Source of the DNA: Thermodesulfobacteriota bacterium
Lineage (GTDB): Bacteria; Desulfobacterota_D; UBA1144; Nemesobacterales; N074bin48
Assembly: GCA_041572575.1 (NCBI GenBank)
Contig: JBFFSH010000003.1
Coordinates: 1-64,000, forward strand
DNA length: 64,000 bases
Reading direction: 5' to 3'
Below, piece after piece: positions 38,977 through 48,923 of this stretch. Made by a program: the position numbers and the translations under genes. Under the pieces are notes generated by a model. That model made no database searches. It saw nothing but the letters and a program-made list of their open reading frames with translations, and was not told the origin of the DNA. Position 1 is the stretch's first letter. Every line of letters starts with the position of its first letter.

Positions 38977-41900
38977 TTAATGAAGTTCCACTGATACTAC
39001 TTTTGATGTCCCAGGTTCCTGAGAAGTAATACCTATCAGGTAATTAACATCGTGCATAGTGTTTTTATTATGGGTTATTAGCAATATTTGTGACTTCTTT
39101 GATATTTCTTTAACTACTTCTAAAAAGCTTCTGGTATTATTGTCATCTAGTGGGGCGTCTATTTCATCCAGCAGCAAAAATGGTGCGGGTTTAATAAAGC
39201 AGGCAGATAAAATAAGAGTTATCGCCGATAGTGCTTTCTCTCCACCTGAAAGTAGATTTATAGATTGAAATTTCTTGCCTTTTGGCCGCACATATACTTC
39301 CACACCGGTGTTTAAGAGGTCATCAGGATCTGTTAGCTCAAGTTTTCCTTCACCTCCTTTAAATATCTGGGGGAATATTTCATTAAATTTCTCACTCACA
39401 AGATCATATGTTTCCTTAAATCTTGTTTTTGATTCTTTGTCCAGTTTGTTAATAGCTTTTCTCAGAGATTCCATAGCGTTTTCCAGGTCTTCAACCTGAT
39501 CTGTAAGAAATTTGTTTCTGTCTTCTAACTTTAGATACTCCTCTGGGGCTAAAAGATTTACTGGACCAAACCTCTCAAGGCGGTTTTTTAGCCCCAGCAG
39601 CTTGTTTTCCATCTCTTCAGTATCAAAATCCAGGTGTTCAGAAGAATAGTCCAAGCTGTTCAGGTCCTTGTCAGATAGGAGGTGTTTTAACTCCATATCA
39701 ATGCTGTTTAGAGCTAAATCCAGCTCTGTGGATGACTTGTTTAAGGTTTGCAGGTCTGAGGATACTTGTGATATTTTTGTATCATACGCTGCAAGTTGTT
39801 GCTCTATCTCTTTTTTTCTTTCGGAAATAGTGTTCAAATTTTTATGATCTATATCTATTTTTTCTTTTAGTAGTACTTTATCCTTACCAAAATCAATTAT
39901 GCCTTTAACGATACCGGCCTTTTTATACATTAGAATTTTAAAGTCTGATTGCTGAATAATAATCTTTATTCCAAGCTCCTTTTGTCTCAATAAATAGTAG
40001 CTGAGCTCCTGTTCTATACCATTTATTTTTTCCTTAAGACCGGCAATTTCCACCTTGCCCTGATTTACATAAGAACTTATATGCTGATCCTTATCTTCAA
40101 GCTCCTTAAGCTCAGCATCCAAGTTTTTAAAACCAGTTTCAAAACGTGTCTTTTTTAATTCCAGTTCATTTATATATTTACTCAAATCTGATAGAGACAG
40201 TACTTTATTACCTCTCTCAGCTTCATAATTACCCACTTCAAATACAATTGAGTCATAATTTTGAGAATAATTTCTACATATATTTTTAAGGTTTATAATA
40301 TCTTTACTTATTTCTGCTTCTCTTATATCCAGCTGTCTTAGTGTAGATTCATGGTTTATTTTCTCTGAAGTGAGGCTTTCAATCTTTTCCTCTATTGATC
40401 CCAGTTCAGTTTCCAGCTCATCTATTGATTGATTAAGCTTCGTAGTTGTTTGAAAAAGCTGTTCCATTTCTCTTTTTCTTTCGAAAACACCATGGGAAGA
40501 ATTTCCACCTGATATAAACCCGCTGCAGTCTATATAATCACCACTTAAGGTTACAAACGAATATCCTGAGTTTAGCTTTTGCTCTAAATTATTAATACTA
40601 TTTAGCGACTCAGTGATATAAACCTTATTCAGTAAATTTCTTGCTAAACTTTTTATCTGTCCATCTACCTCAATCACATCTACTAAGGGCTGTAAATCGA
40701 GGGTTTCGGTATCATGTATAGATTTATTATTATAAATATCGAGAGGAACAAATGTACCTTTTCCTGCTTCCTGGTCTCTTAGTAGATCAATCAAGTCATA
40801 CGCTTCATTTAGGTTGTTAATAATAGTCCAGGTTAGTTTTTCTCCAAGCGCTGCTTCAACAGCTTTGTCATAATTTTCAGAAACAGAGATAAAATCTGCC
40901 ATAAGCCCTACCACTTCCCTGCCCTTATGTTCCAATATAAAGTTGCCGATATCGCTTGGTAGCCATTCATAGTTTGACTGGATTTTTTCTATAGCAGTAA
41001 GATCAGACTTGGCCTGATTATACTGATCCCTCAAGTTGTCTAATTTAGATTTAACCTCTTTTTTACTATCAACGAGCATACACAGTTCTTTTGAGAGAAC
41101 TTCCAGTTTGCTTCTGACAACAGTTTTATTTGATACAATGTTTTTAAGCTCATTCTCATTGTATCTAAGATCGGCTGTGGATAGTGCTGATTTTATCTGT
41201 ATATCTTCTTTTTCTTTTTTTAGTCTGTAAATCCTTGATTCCAGTTCTTTTACATCTTTTTCTATACTTACTACTTTGGTTTTGACACTTCCATATTCAT
41301 CAAGCGATTTTAAAAGGCCCTCTCTATGATCTTTATATTCCTGTCTTTTGGTAACGAGATCGTTTTTATATGAATCGGTAAGCTCCTGTTTTACAGAGAG
41401 TTCGTTTTGTTTTTCCTGTAGTATGATTAATGTAGATTTTAGCTCAGAGTGTTTTTGAGCAGTAGTATTTTTAATATTCTCAATTTCCTTAAGGCTGTTT
41501 ATGAGGTCTGATTTTATGGTGGCAATTGTCTCATACAGAGTCCTTTCTTCTCTGTTTACAAGCTCTATTTCATTATCTATTGTCTGAAGCTTTTTTGTAT
41601 CCTCAAAATACTTGTTTTTTAGTATATCGGATTCCTTTTCGATACCATCAATTACACTCAGGGTTTGTTCCCTGTTTTTTTGCAGATCTGCTAGTATTTC
41701 ATTTTGTCTGGATATGTCGTTACCTATATCGTTTTGTTGAGATTGAGATTGAGTTCTAGATTGTTCGAGCTGGATTTTCTTTTTTGCTAATACCTTATTA
41801 TCTATTTCTTCAATTTCCTGGGCAAGTTGTTTGTATTTTTCTGCATCATGCGCCTGTCTTTTAAGGCTCTTTATCTGGCGTAAAATTTCTGATTGTGATT

Positions 41901-42465
41901 CTCTTACTACCGTCAAATTGTTTTTAGTAAGCTCTATTTTATTCTGTGTTTCTTTTCTTCTAAGCTTATACTTTCCAATCCCGGCTACTTCTTCAATGAC
42001 TTCTCTTTTGCCCTCTGGTTTGGAAGTGATAATACTCTCCACTTTTCCCTGTCCAATAATAGAATAAGCCCTGGCACCTACACCGGTGTCCACAAAAAGT
42101 TCTGTTATGTCTTTTAGCCTGCAAGGCACGTTATTGATATAATATTCACTCTGCCCTGATCTAAATAGCCTTCTTTTTACATTTATTTCTTCATAACCCG
42201 ATCCATTTGACGAGACGACTAAAGATACCTCAGCCATTCCAAGCGGCTTATGGGTTTCCCCTCCGTTTGATATGACTTCTTCCATGGTCATTGCTCTCAA
42301 GTTTCTTGGATTCTGCTCACCAAGCACCCATTTAATGGCATCTATAATATTTGACTTTCCGCATCCGTTAGGTCCTACAATTGCATTTATATTCGAATGA
42401 AAATCTATTTTGGTTTTATCATAAAATGATTTAAAGCCATTAAATTCAAGTTTTAAAAGTTTCAT
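38977..42465 (-). CDS. smc: Chromosome segregation protein SMC
   Basis: GFKSF, GPNGCGKSN, long coiled coils, hinge, LSGGEK and LLDEIDAPLD motifs. Confidence 0.95.
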   Translation of the reverse strand: MKLLKLEFNGFKSFYDKTKIDFHSNINAIVGPNGCGKSNIIDAIKWVLGEQNPRNLRAMTMEEVISNGGETHKPLGMAEVSLVVSSNGSGYEEINVKRRLFRSGQSEYYINNVPCRLKDITELFVDTGVGARAYSIIGQGKVESIITSKPEGKREVIEEVAGIGKYKLRRKETQNKIELTKNNLTVVRESQSEILRQIKSLKRQAHDAEKYKQLAQEIEEIDNKVLAKKKIQLEQSRTQSQSQQNDIGNDISRQNEILADLQKNREQTLSVIDGIEKESDILKNKYFEDTKKLQTIDNEIELVNREERTLYETIATIKSDLINSLKEIENIKNTTAQKHSELKSTLIILQEKQNELSVKQELTDSYKNDLVTKRQEYKDHREGLLKSLDEYGSVKTKVVSIEKDVKELESRIYRLKKEKEDIQIKSALSTADLRYNENELKNIVSNKTVVRSKLEVLSKELCMLVDSKKEVKSKLDNLRDQYNQAKSDLTAIEKIQSNYEWLPSDIGNFILEHKGREVVGLMADFISVSENYDKAVEAALGEKLTWTIINNLNEAYDLIDLLRDQEAGKGTFVPLDIYNNKSIHDTETLDLQPLVDVIEVDGQIKSLARNLLNKVYITESLNSINNLEQKLNSGYSFVTLSGDYIDCSGFISGGNSSHGVFERKREMEQLFQTTTKLNQSIDELETELGSIEEKIESLTSEKINHESTLRQLDIREAEISKDIINLKNICRNYSQNYDSIVFEVGNYEAERGNKVLSLSDLSKYINELELKKTRFETGFKNLDAELKELEDKDQHISSYVNQGKVEIAGLKEKINGIEQELSYYLLRQKELGIKIIIQQSDFKILMYKKAGIVKGIIDFGKDKVLLKEKIDIDHKNLNTISERKKEIEQQLAAYDTKISQVSSDLQTLNKSSTELDLALNSIDMELKHLLSDKDLNSLDYSSEHLDFDTEEMENKLLGLKNRLERFGPVNLLAPEEYLKLEDRNKFLTDQVEDLENAMESLRKAINKLDKESKTRFKETYDLVSEKFNEIFPQIFKGGEGKLELTDPDDLLNTGVEVYVRPKGKKFQSINLLSGGEKALSAITLILSACFIKPAPFLLLDEIDAPLDDNNTRSFLEVVKEISKKSQILLITHNKNTMHDVNYLIGITSQEPGTSKVVSVELH

Positions 42466-42549
42466 CTACAACTATCCTTTATTTTTAAAATATTATATAG
42501 GCAAATCTGATATGTACTGTATAGGAACTCTCTGTTTTAAACAGAACGG

Positions 42550-44724
42550 TTACTTTTTAAATAAACTCGACCAAAATCTTTTTTCAGTCTTTGATTTTCG
42601 AGCTTCTTTTTTCTCTGATAATCTATTTTGCAGTACCCTTAATTCTCTTTTTGCTTCAGTGTAATCGGGATCATTTTCTACAGCTTTTGAAAAATTATTT
42701 TCTGCTTTTTTAAATTCGTCAATATGTTTATAAATGTTGCCAAGATAAAAATAATTTTCTGCAACATTCGGGTCCAGAGATATTAACTTTTCAAGCTCTT
42801 TAACACATTCATCTGTATTTACACTGTCATCTTTATTATTTAGAAACCTACCCCAGTATATTATACCTTTGTATAATATGTTATCAGGGTTTATTTGTAT
42901 TGCATTATTGAATTTTTCTTCTGCAAGCGCATATTTTTTTTGTTTTAAAAGTGCAGCACCTTCATTAAAGGATACCTCTGCCTGATACAGGATCTGAGCC
43001 TCCGATTTAAGATCATCAAGTTCACTAACAGAGTCATACTCTTCTCTTTTCTCATCATCACTTAGTGTTTGATAGGCCGTTGTTATCACAGAAAATATTT
43101 TATCGGCTTTGTCTCTGGTGCTGTCATCGAGTTTTGCAAGAATATCAGGATGATATTTCTTCACCAATGCATAATAACTATCCCTTATTTGCTGTTTTGT
43201 AGAATCTTTATCCACCCCTAATATCATATAATGATCTTCTTCATCGAGCCTGTCATATAAGTCACTTATGCTTTTTACCAGACCAGAGTTATCTTTTTCC
43301 TTGGACGGTGGTTCGGGCCCTTTAATATTTATTTTCTCCTCCACCGGGTTTTTGGCTTGTTCTTTAAATGGAATGACATTAGATGTACTCGTTGATGTTG
43401 GAGAATCTATCTCCATTTCGAGTTCCATTTTACTAACTGTATTTATTATTTCTTTATCTTTTTCGGATAGCTCTTTCTTTACCTCAGTTTTTGTAGATTC
43501 TGCCTTGGCACTCTCTGCAATTTCCTCATCCAGATCAATTATATCCTCAAATTCTTCTTCGTTTGAACCTGCATACGGGTCGTCCGATGCCTGATTAAAC
43601 AATCTGCCTATATTTCTGTAATCATCATTTTCAACAACTACATATCCCAGCAGGTAGATCAAAAACAGGATTTTTAATGTTTCATCATTAGTAGTAGTTG
43701 TTTTGTTCAGTAAATTTTCGATATTAGTGTTTTGTTCAAGGTTCTGAATTATTCTAAGCTCTTTAGGGCCCAAACCCAGACCGCCTGTTTTTTGGCTGAG
43801 ATCTTTGATGACCTTAATATTATTGGCTTCTCCACTATTGAAAAATATATTTTTAATAAACTGCTGGTTTCCATACCTCTTGGTACCCTGATACAAAACC
43901 TTGGGAAAATCAATATCATATTTAACAATGTTACTGATTTTACTTTTACCACTCTCAAAGTTAAATGCACCTGATTTTAATAGAAAACCTCTTATTACTT
44001 TTTCCTGTATCTGATTTTCTAATAGTTCATTTAGTTCATGTGGAGAAAGAACGCCCATTGAAACAAGAACTTCTCCAAGCTTTTGTTTTTTCTCGGTTGC
44101 TATATTCAGTGCTTTTTCATAGTCTTTTACATCACTAATCCTTCCACTTTCAAGAAGCATTCTTCCAAGAGCAGTTTCTACATCTCCACCTTCGGCATAT
44201 ACTGCTACACCGTCTTCAAAGTAAAGCTTGAGGTTTACATTTGAATTTATCGTCAGTATTCCCGAGAGTGAGTTTTTGTATAAATAGGAAAGAAGTATTG
44301 GATATGGAAATAATTCGATGTCGTTACTAACAGGTTCTTGAGATTTAGCAGATGTTTGCTCGCTGCCCGAGTTTGTAAGAAAATAGGTATTGAGAAAAGC
44401 TAAAAGCGTATTGAGCTGACTAGTTTCTTCTAAGAAGAATACCGGTTTTGATTCCTTATCAACCTCGACGTTACTGTCATGAGTAAAGTCGATGATTTGT
44501 AATTCTATGGAGTTTCTAACTTTTCCTATGAGGTTTGAACTTACTTTATGAGATGATATAAGCTCAATTACTGTAATATCGGGATTTTCGTAGAAAAGCT
44601 TGTCAATTCCCTGATTGTAATCAAGAATAAGAGAACAAATCATCCCACGGGAATCTAAGAACTCCTTTATTACGTAGCAATAATCTTTATCAGAGCCAAC
44701 TATTAAAGCCCTTGAAGAGCCCAT
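42550..44724 (-). CDS. Multidomain J-domain co-chaperone (receiver-like, DUF4388-like, J domain, TPR)
   Basis: HY.ILGV, KKYHPD and AY.TLSD..KR.EYD J domain; LG..L...G..LGE.LV..G DUF4388-like region; C-terminal TPRs. Confidence 0.8.
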   Translation of the reverse strand: MGSSRALIVGSDKDYCYVIKEFLDSRGMICSLILDYNQGIDKLFYENPDITVIELISSHKVSSNLIGKVRNSIELQIIDFTHDSNVEVDKESKPVFFLEETSQLNTLLAFLNTYFLTNSGSEQTSAKSQEPVSNDIELFPYPILLSYLYKNSLSGILTINSNVNLKLYFEDGVAVYAEGGDVETALGRMLLESGRISDVKDYEKALNIATEKKQKLGEVLVSMGVLSPHELNELLENQIQEKVIRGFLLKSGAFNFESGKSKISNIVKYDIDFPKVLYQGTKRYGNQQFIKNIFFNSGEANNIKVIKDLSQKTGGLGLGPKELRIIQNLEQNTNIENLLNKTTTTNDETLKILFLIYLLGYVVVENDDYRNIGRLFNQASDDPYAGSNEEEFEDIIDLDEEIAESAKAESTKTEVKKELSEKDKEIINTVSKMELEMEIDSPTSTSTSNVIPFKEQAKNPVEEKINIKGPEPPSKEKDNSGLVKSISDLYDRLDEEDHYMILGVDKDSTKQQIRDSYYALVKKYHPDILAKLDDSTRDKADKIFSVITTAYQTLSDDEKREEYDSVSELDDLKSEAQILYQAEVSFNEGAALLKQKKYALAEEKFNNAIQINPDNILYKGIIYWGRFLNNKDDSVNTDECVKELEKLISLDPNVAENYFYLGNIYKHIDEFKKAENNFSKAVENDPDYTEAKRELRVLQNRLSEKKEARKSKTEKRFWSSLFKK

Positions 44725-44738
44725 AAATTTTGCTCCTT

Positions 44739-46340
44739 TTATCCAATCTCTGGAAACAGGTTTGGATTAGGTTTTATGTTAGCTTGTTTCCGCATAGATA
44801 AAATCCAGTCCTGATAAATTTCGTTTCTTTTTCTTTGTATCATAGTATTTTTAATTTCTTCTTTTTTCTCTTCGAATTCATCCAGATCTATCTGCTTTTT
44901 TTCCACAAGGGTAATTAATATATATTGGTTATCACTCTCATATACCTCTTTATACACCGGCTTTTTATCATCTAGAAGAAAAGCATTAAGCAACACATCC
45001 TTAGAGCTTATTTCACTTATATTATCAAGCCTAGTAAACAGATCAGTTTCGTTGTAATTGCTTTTATAGGTATCTTTTAAACTAGATAATTTTACCTTGC
45101 CACCAACAAGGTCTTTGTGAGTCTTTTTTGATTCCTTTTTGGCAAGATTTTTACCTTTTAAAAATTTAATGTCTGCTACTACTTCGCTATGTGCTTCTTC
45201 AAGGCTCTTTTGAGACTCGGGCTTAATATCTATTAAGTTTACTATCCATATATCTTCTAAAGCATTAATGAAAAACTTTTCTCCCTTTTTAAGCTCAAAG
45301 GCTTTAGCTCTTACCGCACCGGGAACTGAATCTTGTGATTGTTCAGTCTCAGAAATTGTTGACTTAGAGGTTTTTTCTATAGCAAATTCTTTACCAATTT
45401 CACTTAACTTTTTGGTTTTTGATGCTTCATCGAGATTTGCGATAAATTCCTGCTGTATTATTTTTTTCTTTTCAAGCATACGAGCTGCTATAATGTCATC
45501 TTTAACTGCATCAAAGTCTTTTAGATTTCCTTCTTCATCCAAGAATTCCTTATCCTTATAAGAATCATAATAAGTTTTAACTTCATCATCGGATATTTCT
45601 ATATTTTTTTCAAAGTCAGAGGGTTTGATTACTAAATATTCAATTTCTCTCATTTCGGGGTGCATGTATTTATTCTTGTTTTCACTGTAATGTTTTGAAA
45701 TCTCTTCTTTGTTAACCTGCACTTTGTCGGAGTACTGGTCAGGTGAAAACTTTAGATATGCAAGTTTTATTCTCTCATTTTGAATTCTATAAAGATTTTG
45801 CAGTTCTTCATCTGATAACTTTGCAGTTTCATTGATGAAATCAATAAATTTTTGAGCCAATAACTCTTCTTTATATCTTCTTTCAAACTCTCCTACATTT
45901 TCTTTTAGATTTTGCTCAACAAAATTTTTGTAAGCTGCAAATCCCACAAAATCTCCATCAATCTGAAAAGCGGGGTTTGATGTTATTGCTTGTTTAAGTT
46001 CTTCATCTGTGATTTTAAATCCAAGGTCACGCGCTTTTTGAGAAATAAGCTTTAGATCTATTAACTGATTTAAGGCTCTTGTACGTATAAATGGTAATGC
46101 TGCATCGGGAATGTCGGCAGTATAACCAAAACTTGATAACAGGCTGTCTCTTAGTCTGTAATATTCAAAAAGTGAAATTTCTTCTCCATTAACCTCAGCC
46201 GCAATACCACTGGGTCCGCCTCCCATGGCTCCAAAATTTACGAATGAATATCCAAAGCCAAATATAAATACTACAGCTATTACTATTAATACAGCTTTTG
46301 TAAACCATTTATTACCTGATCTTATTAGCTCTAAACTCAT
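44739..46340 (-). CDS. SurA N-terminal domain / PpiD-like membrane-anchored periplasmic chaperone
   Basis: N-terminal TM, A.VNGEEIS, P.FQ.DG.F and W...RK.A.I C-terminus. Confidence 0.85.
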   Translation of the reverse strand: MSLELIRSGNKWFTKAVLIVIAVVFIFGFGYSFVNFGAMGGGPSGIAAEVNGEEISLFEYYRLRDSLLSSFGYTADIPDAALPFIRTRALNQLIDLKLISQKARDLGFKITDEELKQAITSNPAFQIDGDFVGFAAYKNFVEQNLKENVGEFERRYKEELLAQKFIDFINETAKLSDEELQNLYRIQNERIKLAYLKFSPDQYSDKVQVNKEEISKHYSENKNKYMHPEMREIEYLVIKPSDFEKNIEISDDEVKTYYDSYKDKEFLDEEGNLKDFDAVKDDIIAARMLEKKKIIQQEFIANLDEASKTKKLSEIGKEFAIEKTSKSTISETEQSQDSVPGAVRAKAFELKKGEKFFINALEDIWIVNLIDIKPESQKSLEEAHSEVVADIKFLKGKNLAKKESKKTHKDLVGGKVKLSSLKDTYKSNYNETDLFTRLDNISEISSKDVLLNAFLLDDKKPVYKEVYESDNQYILITLVEKKQIDLDEFEEKKEEIKNTMIQRKRNEIYQDWILSMRKQANIKPNPNLFPEIG

Positions 46341-46577
46341 AATACTCCCTTTAAATATACAATAATTTACTGTCTAATAACAGCTTACGTAAACACTTTA
46401 ATATATAACAAATTTAAGAATAAACAATCTAAAGTTTTATGCCAGATTAAAAATGAAAACTAAAGAAAATGCCATAAAGAACTATAAATTAAGTTAAGAA
46501 TTAGAATAATATATTGGTTTTAATAAAAGTATAAGATAATAATATGGGTACATATTATACAGAGGGATGAAAAATTT

Positions 46578-47498
46578 ATGATAACAGCTCTGGGTGGCGG
46601 AGTAGGTGCCGCAAAATTTCTATCTGGTCTTATTAGGATAGGATTAAATCAAGACATAAACATAATTGTTAATACTGCAGATGACATAACCATTGGTGGA
46701 CTGAGAATATGTCCTGATATTGATACAATTGTTTATACGCTTTCCGGAATTGTTGATAAGAATAAAAAATGGGGTCTTAAGGGAGATACCTTTAACTGCC
46801 TTGAGGCCCTTAGCAGGTTTGGAATCTACCGCTGGTTTAATCTTGGTGATAAAGACCTTGCAACGCATTTATATAGGACTCATCTAAGATCGCTTGGAAT
46901 TACTTATACTGAAATTACATCTAGAATTGCAAAATCTTTTGGCTTAACAGATGTTAATGTACTTCCTATGAGTGACAGCGATGTTGAAACATGGATAAGC
47001 AGCGATAAAGGCGAATTACATTTTCAGGAGTATTTGGTTAGAGAAAAAATGCTTCCTGAGGTTAAATCAATTTATATAAAAGGAATAGAAAATGCGGCAG
47101 CAACTGAGCAGGTAATTGATTCTATAGAGTCTGCCAGCACTATAATCCTATGCCCCAGTAACCCTATAATAAGCATTGGACCAATATTAAGAGTAGGTGG
47201 TGTTAGAGATGCAATTAAAAAGTCCAAAGCTAAAAAAATTGCGATAAGTCCTCTTGTAGGAGGATTACCCCTAAAGGGTCCTGCCGACAGGTTAATGAAA
47301 GCAGAGGGCCTTGAGGTTTCGTCCACTGGGATAGCTAAGCTGTACGAGGATTTTTTAGATGAATTTGTTATTGATAGTACCGATAAACAAGAGGCCCTGA
47401 GAATAGAAAAACTGGGTATAAAGGCTACTATAGCGGATACTGTAATGAAAAATGATCAGGATTCAGAATATCTTGCACAAAAAATCCTTGGTGTTTAG
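46578..47498 (+). CDS. cofD: 2-phospho-L-lactate transferase CofD/FbiA
   Basis: GGGVGAAKF, NTADD, CPDIDT..YTL, WFNLGD.D, HFQEY, PSNP..SIGPI and KGPA motifs. Confidence 0.95.
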   Translation: MITALGGGVGAAKFLSGLIRIGLNQDINIIVNTADDITIGGLRICPDIDTIVYTLSGIVDKNKKWGLKGDTFNCLEALSRFGIYRWFNLGDKDLATHLYRTHLRSLGITYTEITSRIAKSFGLTDVNVLPMSDSDVETWISSDKGELHFQEYLVREKMLPEVKSIYIKGIENAAATEQVIDSIESASTIILCPSNPIISIGPILRVGGVRDAIKKSKAKKIAISPLVGGLPLKGPADRLMKAEGLEVSSTGIAKLYEDFLDEFVIDSTDKQEALRIEKLGIKATIADTVMKNDQDSEYLAQKILGV

Positions 47499-47652
47499 AC
47501 AGTATTCTATTATATTTCCTACTTGACAATAACATTTTAAATATGTGAATATAGTTTGGGGTAAGATAAAAAAACAATAATCAAAACAAATTTTATATTT
47601 ACTGTTATAATTATTTTAATGAACGTTCAACAATAATTAATAAAACATTGTT

Positions 47653-48921
47653 ATGAGTACAACTATAAGCGAACTGGAAAATTTGTATTCTCAGCAGACT
47701 CTATCGGCATTTTTCGATATTTCGGGTTTGCATAATGATTTTAGCAAGGGTGCATCCTCAAGACTACAGTCTATTTGTTCAAAAGCAGAGGATGGTCAAG
47801 CAATAAGTAGAGAAGATGCTCTTTATCTTATCAGACTGGACTACAAAGACATATTAAGATTGCTGCTTAGTGCTACTGAAATAAGAAATAAAGGAAAAGG
47901 AAACGTACTATCCTATTCCAAAAATGTATTTATACCTGTAACCCGTCTTTGCAGAGACAGATGTGGTTACTGTACTTTTAAAATAGAACCCGGTGAAGGC
48001 GAGCTACTTATCCCACCCGATGAAGTGCTGGAAACAGCAAGAAAAGGAGCCCAGCTTGGCTGTACTGAACTTTTATTTGTAACAGGTGACAAACCTGAGC
48101 TTAAATATGAACAATACAGGCAAGCCCTAAAAGAGCTTGGATTTAGTACTACTGCCGAATATCTGATAGATTTAAGCTTAAAAGGACTTAAAGAGAATAT
48201 ATTTCCACATACAAATCTTGGACTGTCTACAACTGAGGAGTTGACTGAATTTAGAAAAACCAACCCCAGTATGGGTCTTATGCTTGAAAACATAAGTGAC
48301 AGGCTGCTTTACAATGGAGAAGCTCATCATGGCTGTCCCGATAAAGTACCAAGGCTTAGAATGAAAACCATGGAGCTTGCAGGTGAGTTAAATATCCCCT
48401 GGACTTCAGGTATTTTGGTTGGTATTGGAGAAACTGAAGAAGAAAGCATAGATTCCCTTTTTGCTCTTAAGAGTCTAAATGATGAGTACGGGCATATTCA
48501 GGAAATAATTGTTCAGAATTTTAGTCCCAAGGTTGGAATAAGAATGGAAGACAAACCATCACCAGAGTTTATGGAGATGATAAAACTGGTGGCGATTTCA
48601 AGACTAATATTTGGTGAAAAGATGAATATTCAGGTACCTCCAAATCTTAATTTGGAGACCTATCCTTATTTTACTCTTGCAGGGATTAACGATCTTGGAG
48701 GAGTATCCCCTCTTACTATAGATTATGTAAACCCCGAGGCTCCCTGGCCGCAGCTAGAGCTTATGGAGGAAATGTGCGAAGAAAATGGATTTCAGTTAAG
48801 GGAAAGACTTCCGGTCTACCCGGAATTTATAAATGAAAAATATATTGATAATGAACTATTACCTATGGTGAACAATTTTGTAGATGATACAGGTTTTGTT
48901 CCGGTGCAGGAGGCAAACTAG
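47653..48921 (+). CDS. cofG: FO synthase subunit CofG (radical SAM)
   Basis: FIP.T.LCRDRCGYCTF, SMGLMLE, PDK.P..R, QVPPNL and GGVSP.T.D.VNPE.PWP motifs. Confidence 0.93.
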   Translation: MSTTISELENLYSQQTLSAFFDISGLHNDFSKGASSRLQSICSKAEDGQAISREDALYLIRLDYKDILRLLLSATEIRNKGKGNVLSYSKNVFIPVTRLCRDRCGYCTFKIEPGEGELLIPPDEVLETARKGAQLGCTELLFVTGDKPELKYEQYRQALKELGFSTTAEYLIDLSLKGLKENIFPHTNLGLSTTEELTEFRKTNPSMGLMLENISDRLLYNGEAHHGCPDKVPRLRMKTMELAGELNIPWTSGILVGIGETEEESIDSLFALKSLNDEYGHIQEIIVQNFSPKVGIRMEDKPSPEFMEMIKLVAISRLIFGEKMNIQVPPNLNLETYPYFTLAGINDLGGVSPLTIDYVNPEAPWPQLELMEEMCEENGFQLRERLPVYPEFINEKYIDNELLPMVNNFVDDTGFVPVQEAN

Positions 48922-48923
48922 TA

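Noticed and set aside
42531..42545. TCTGTTT-T-AAACAGA inverted repeat upstream of smc
   Set aside because: Short, AT-rich and single; not parS. It could be a weak terminator, but there is no further support.
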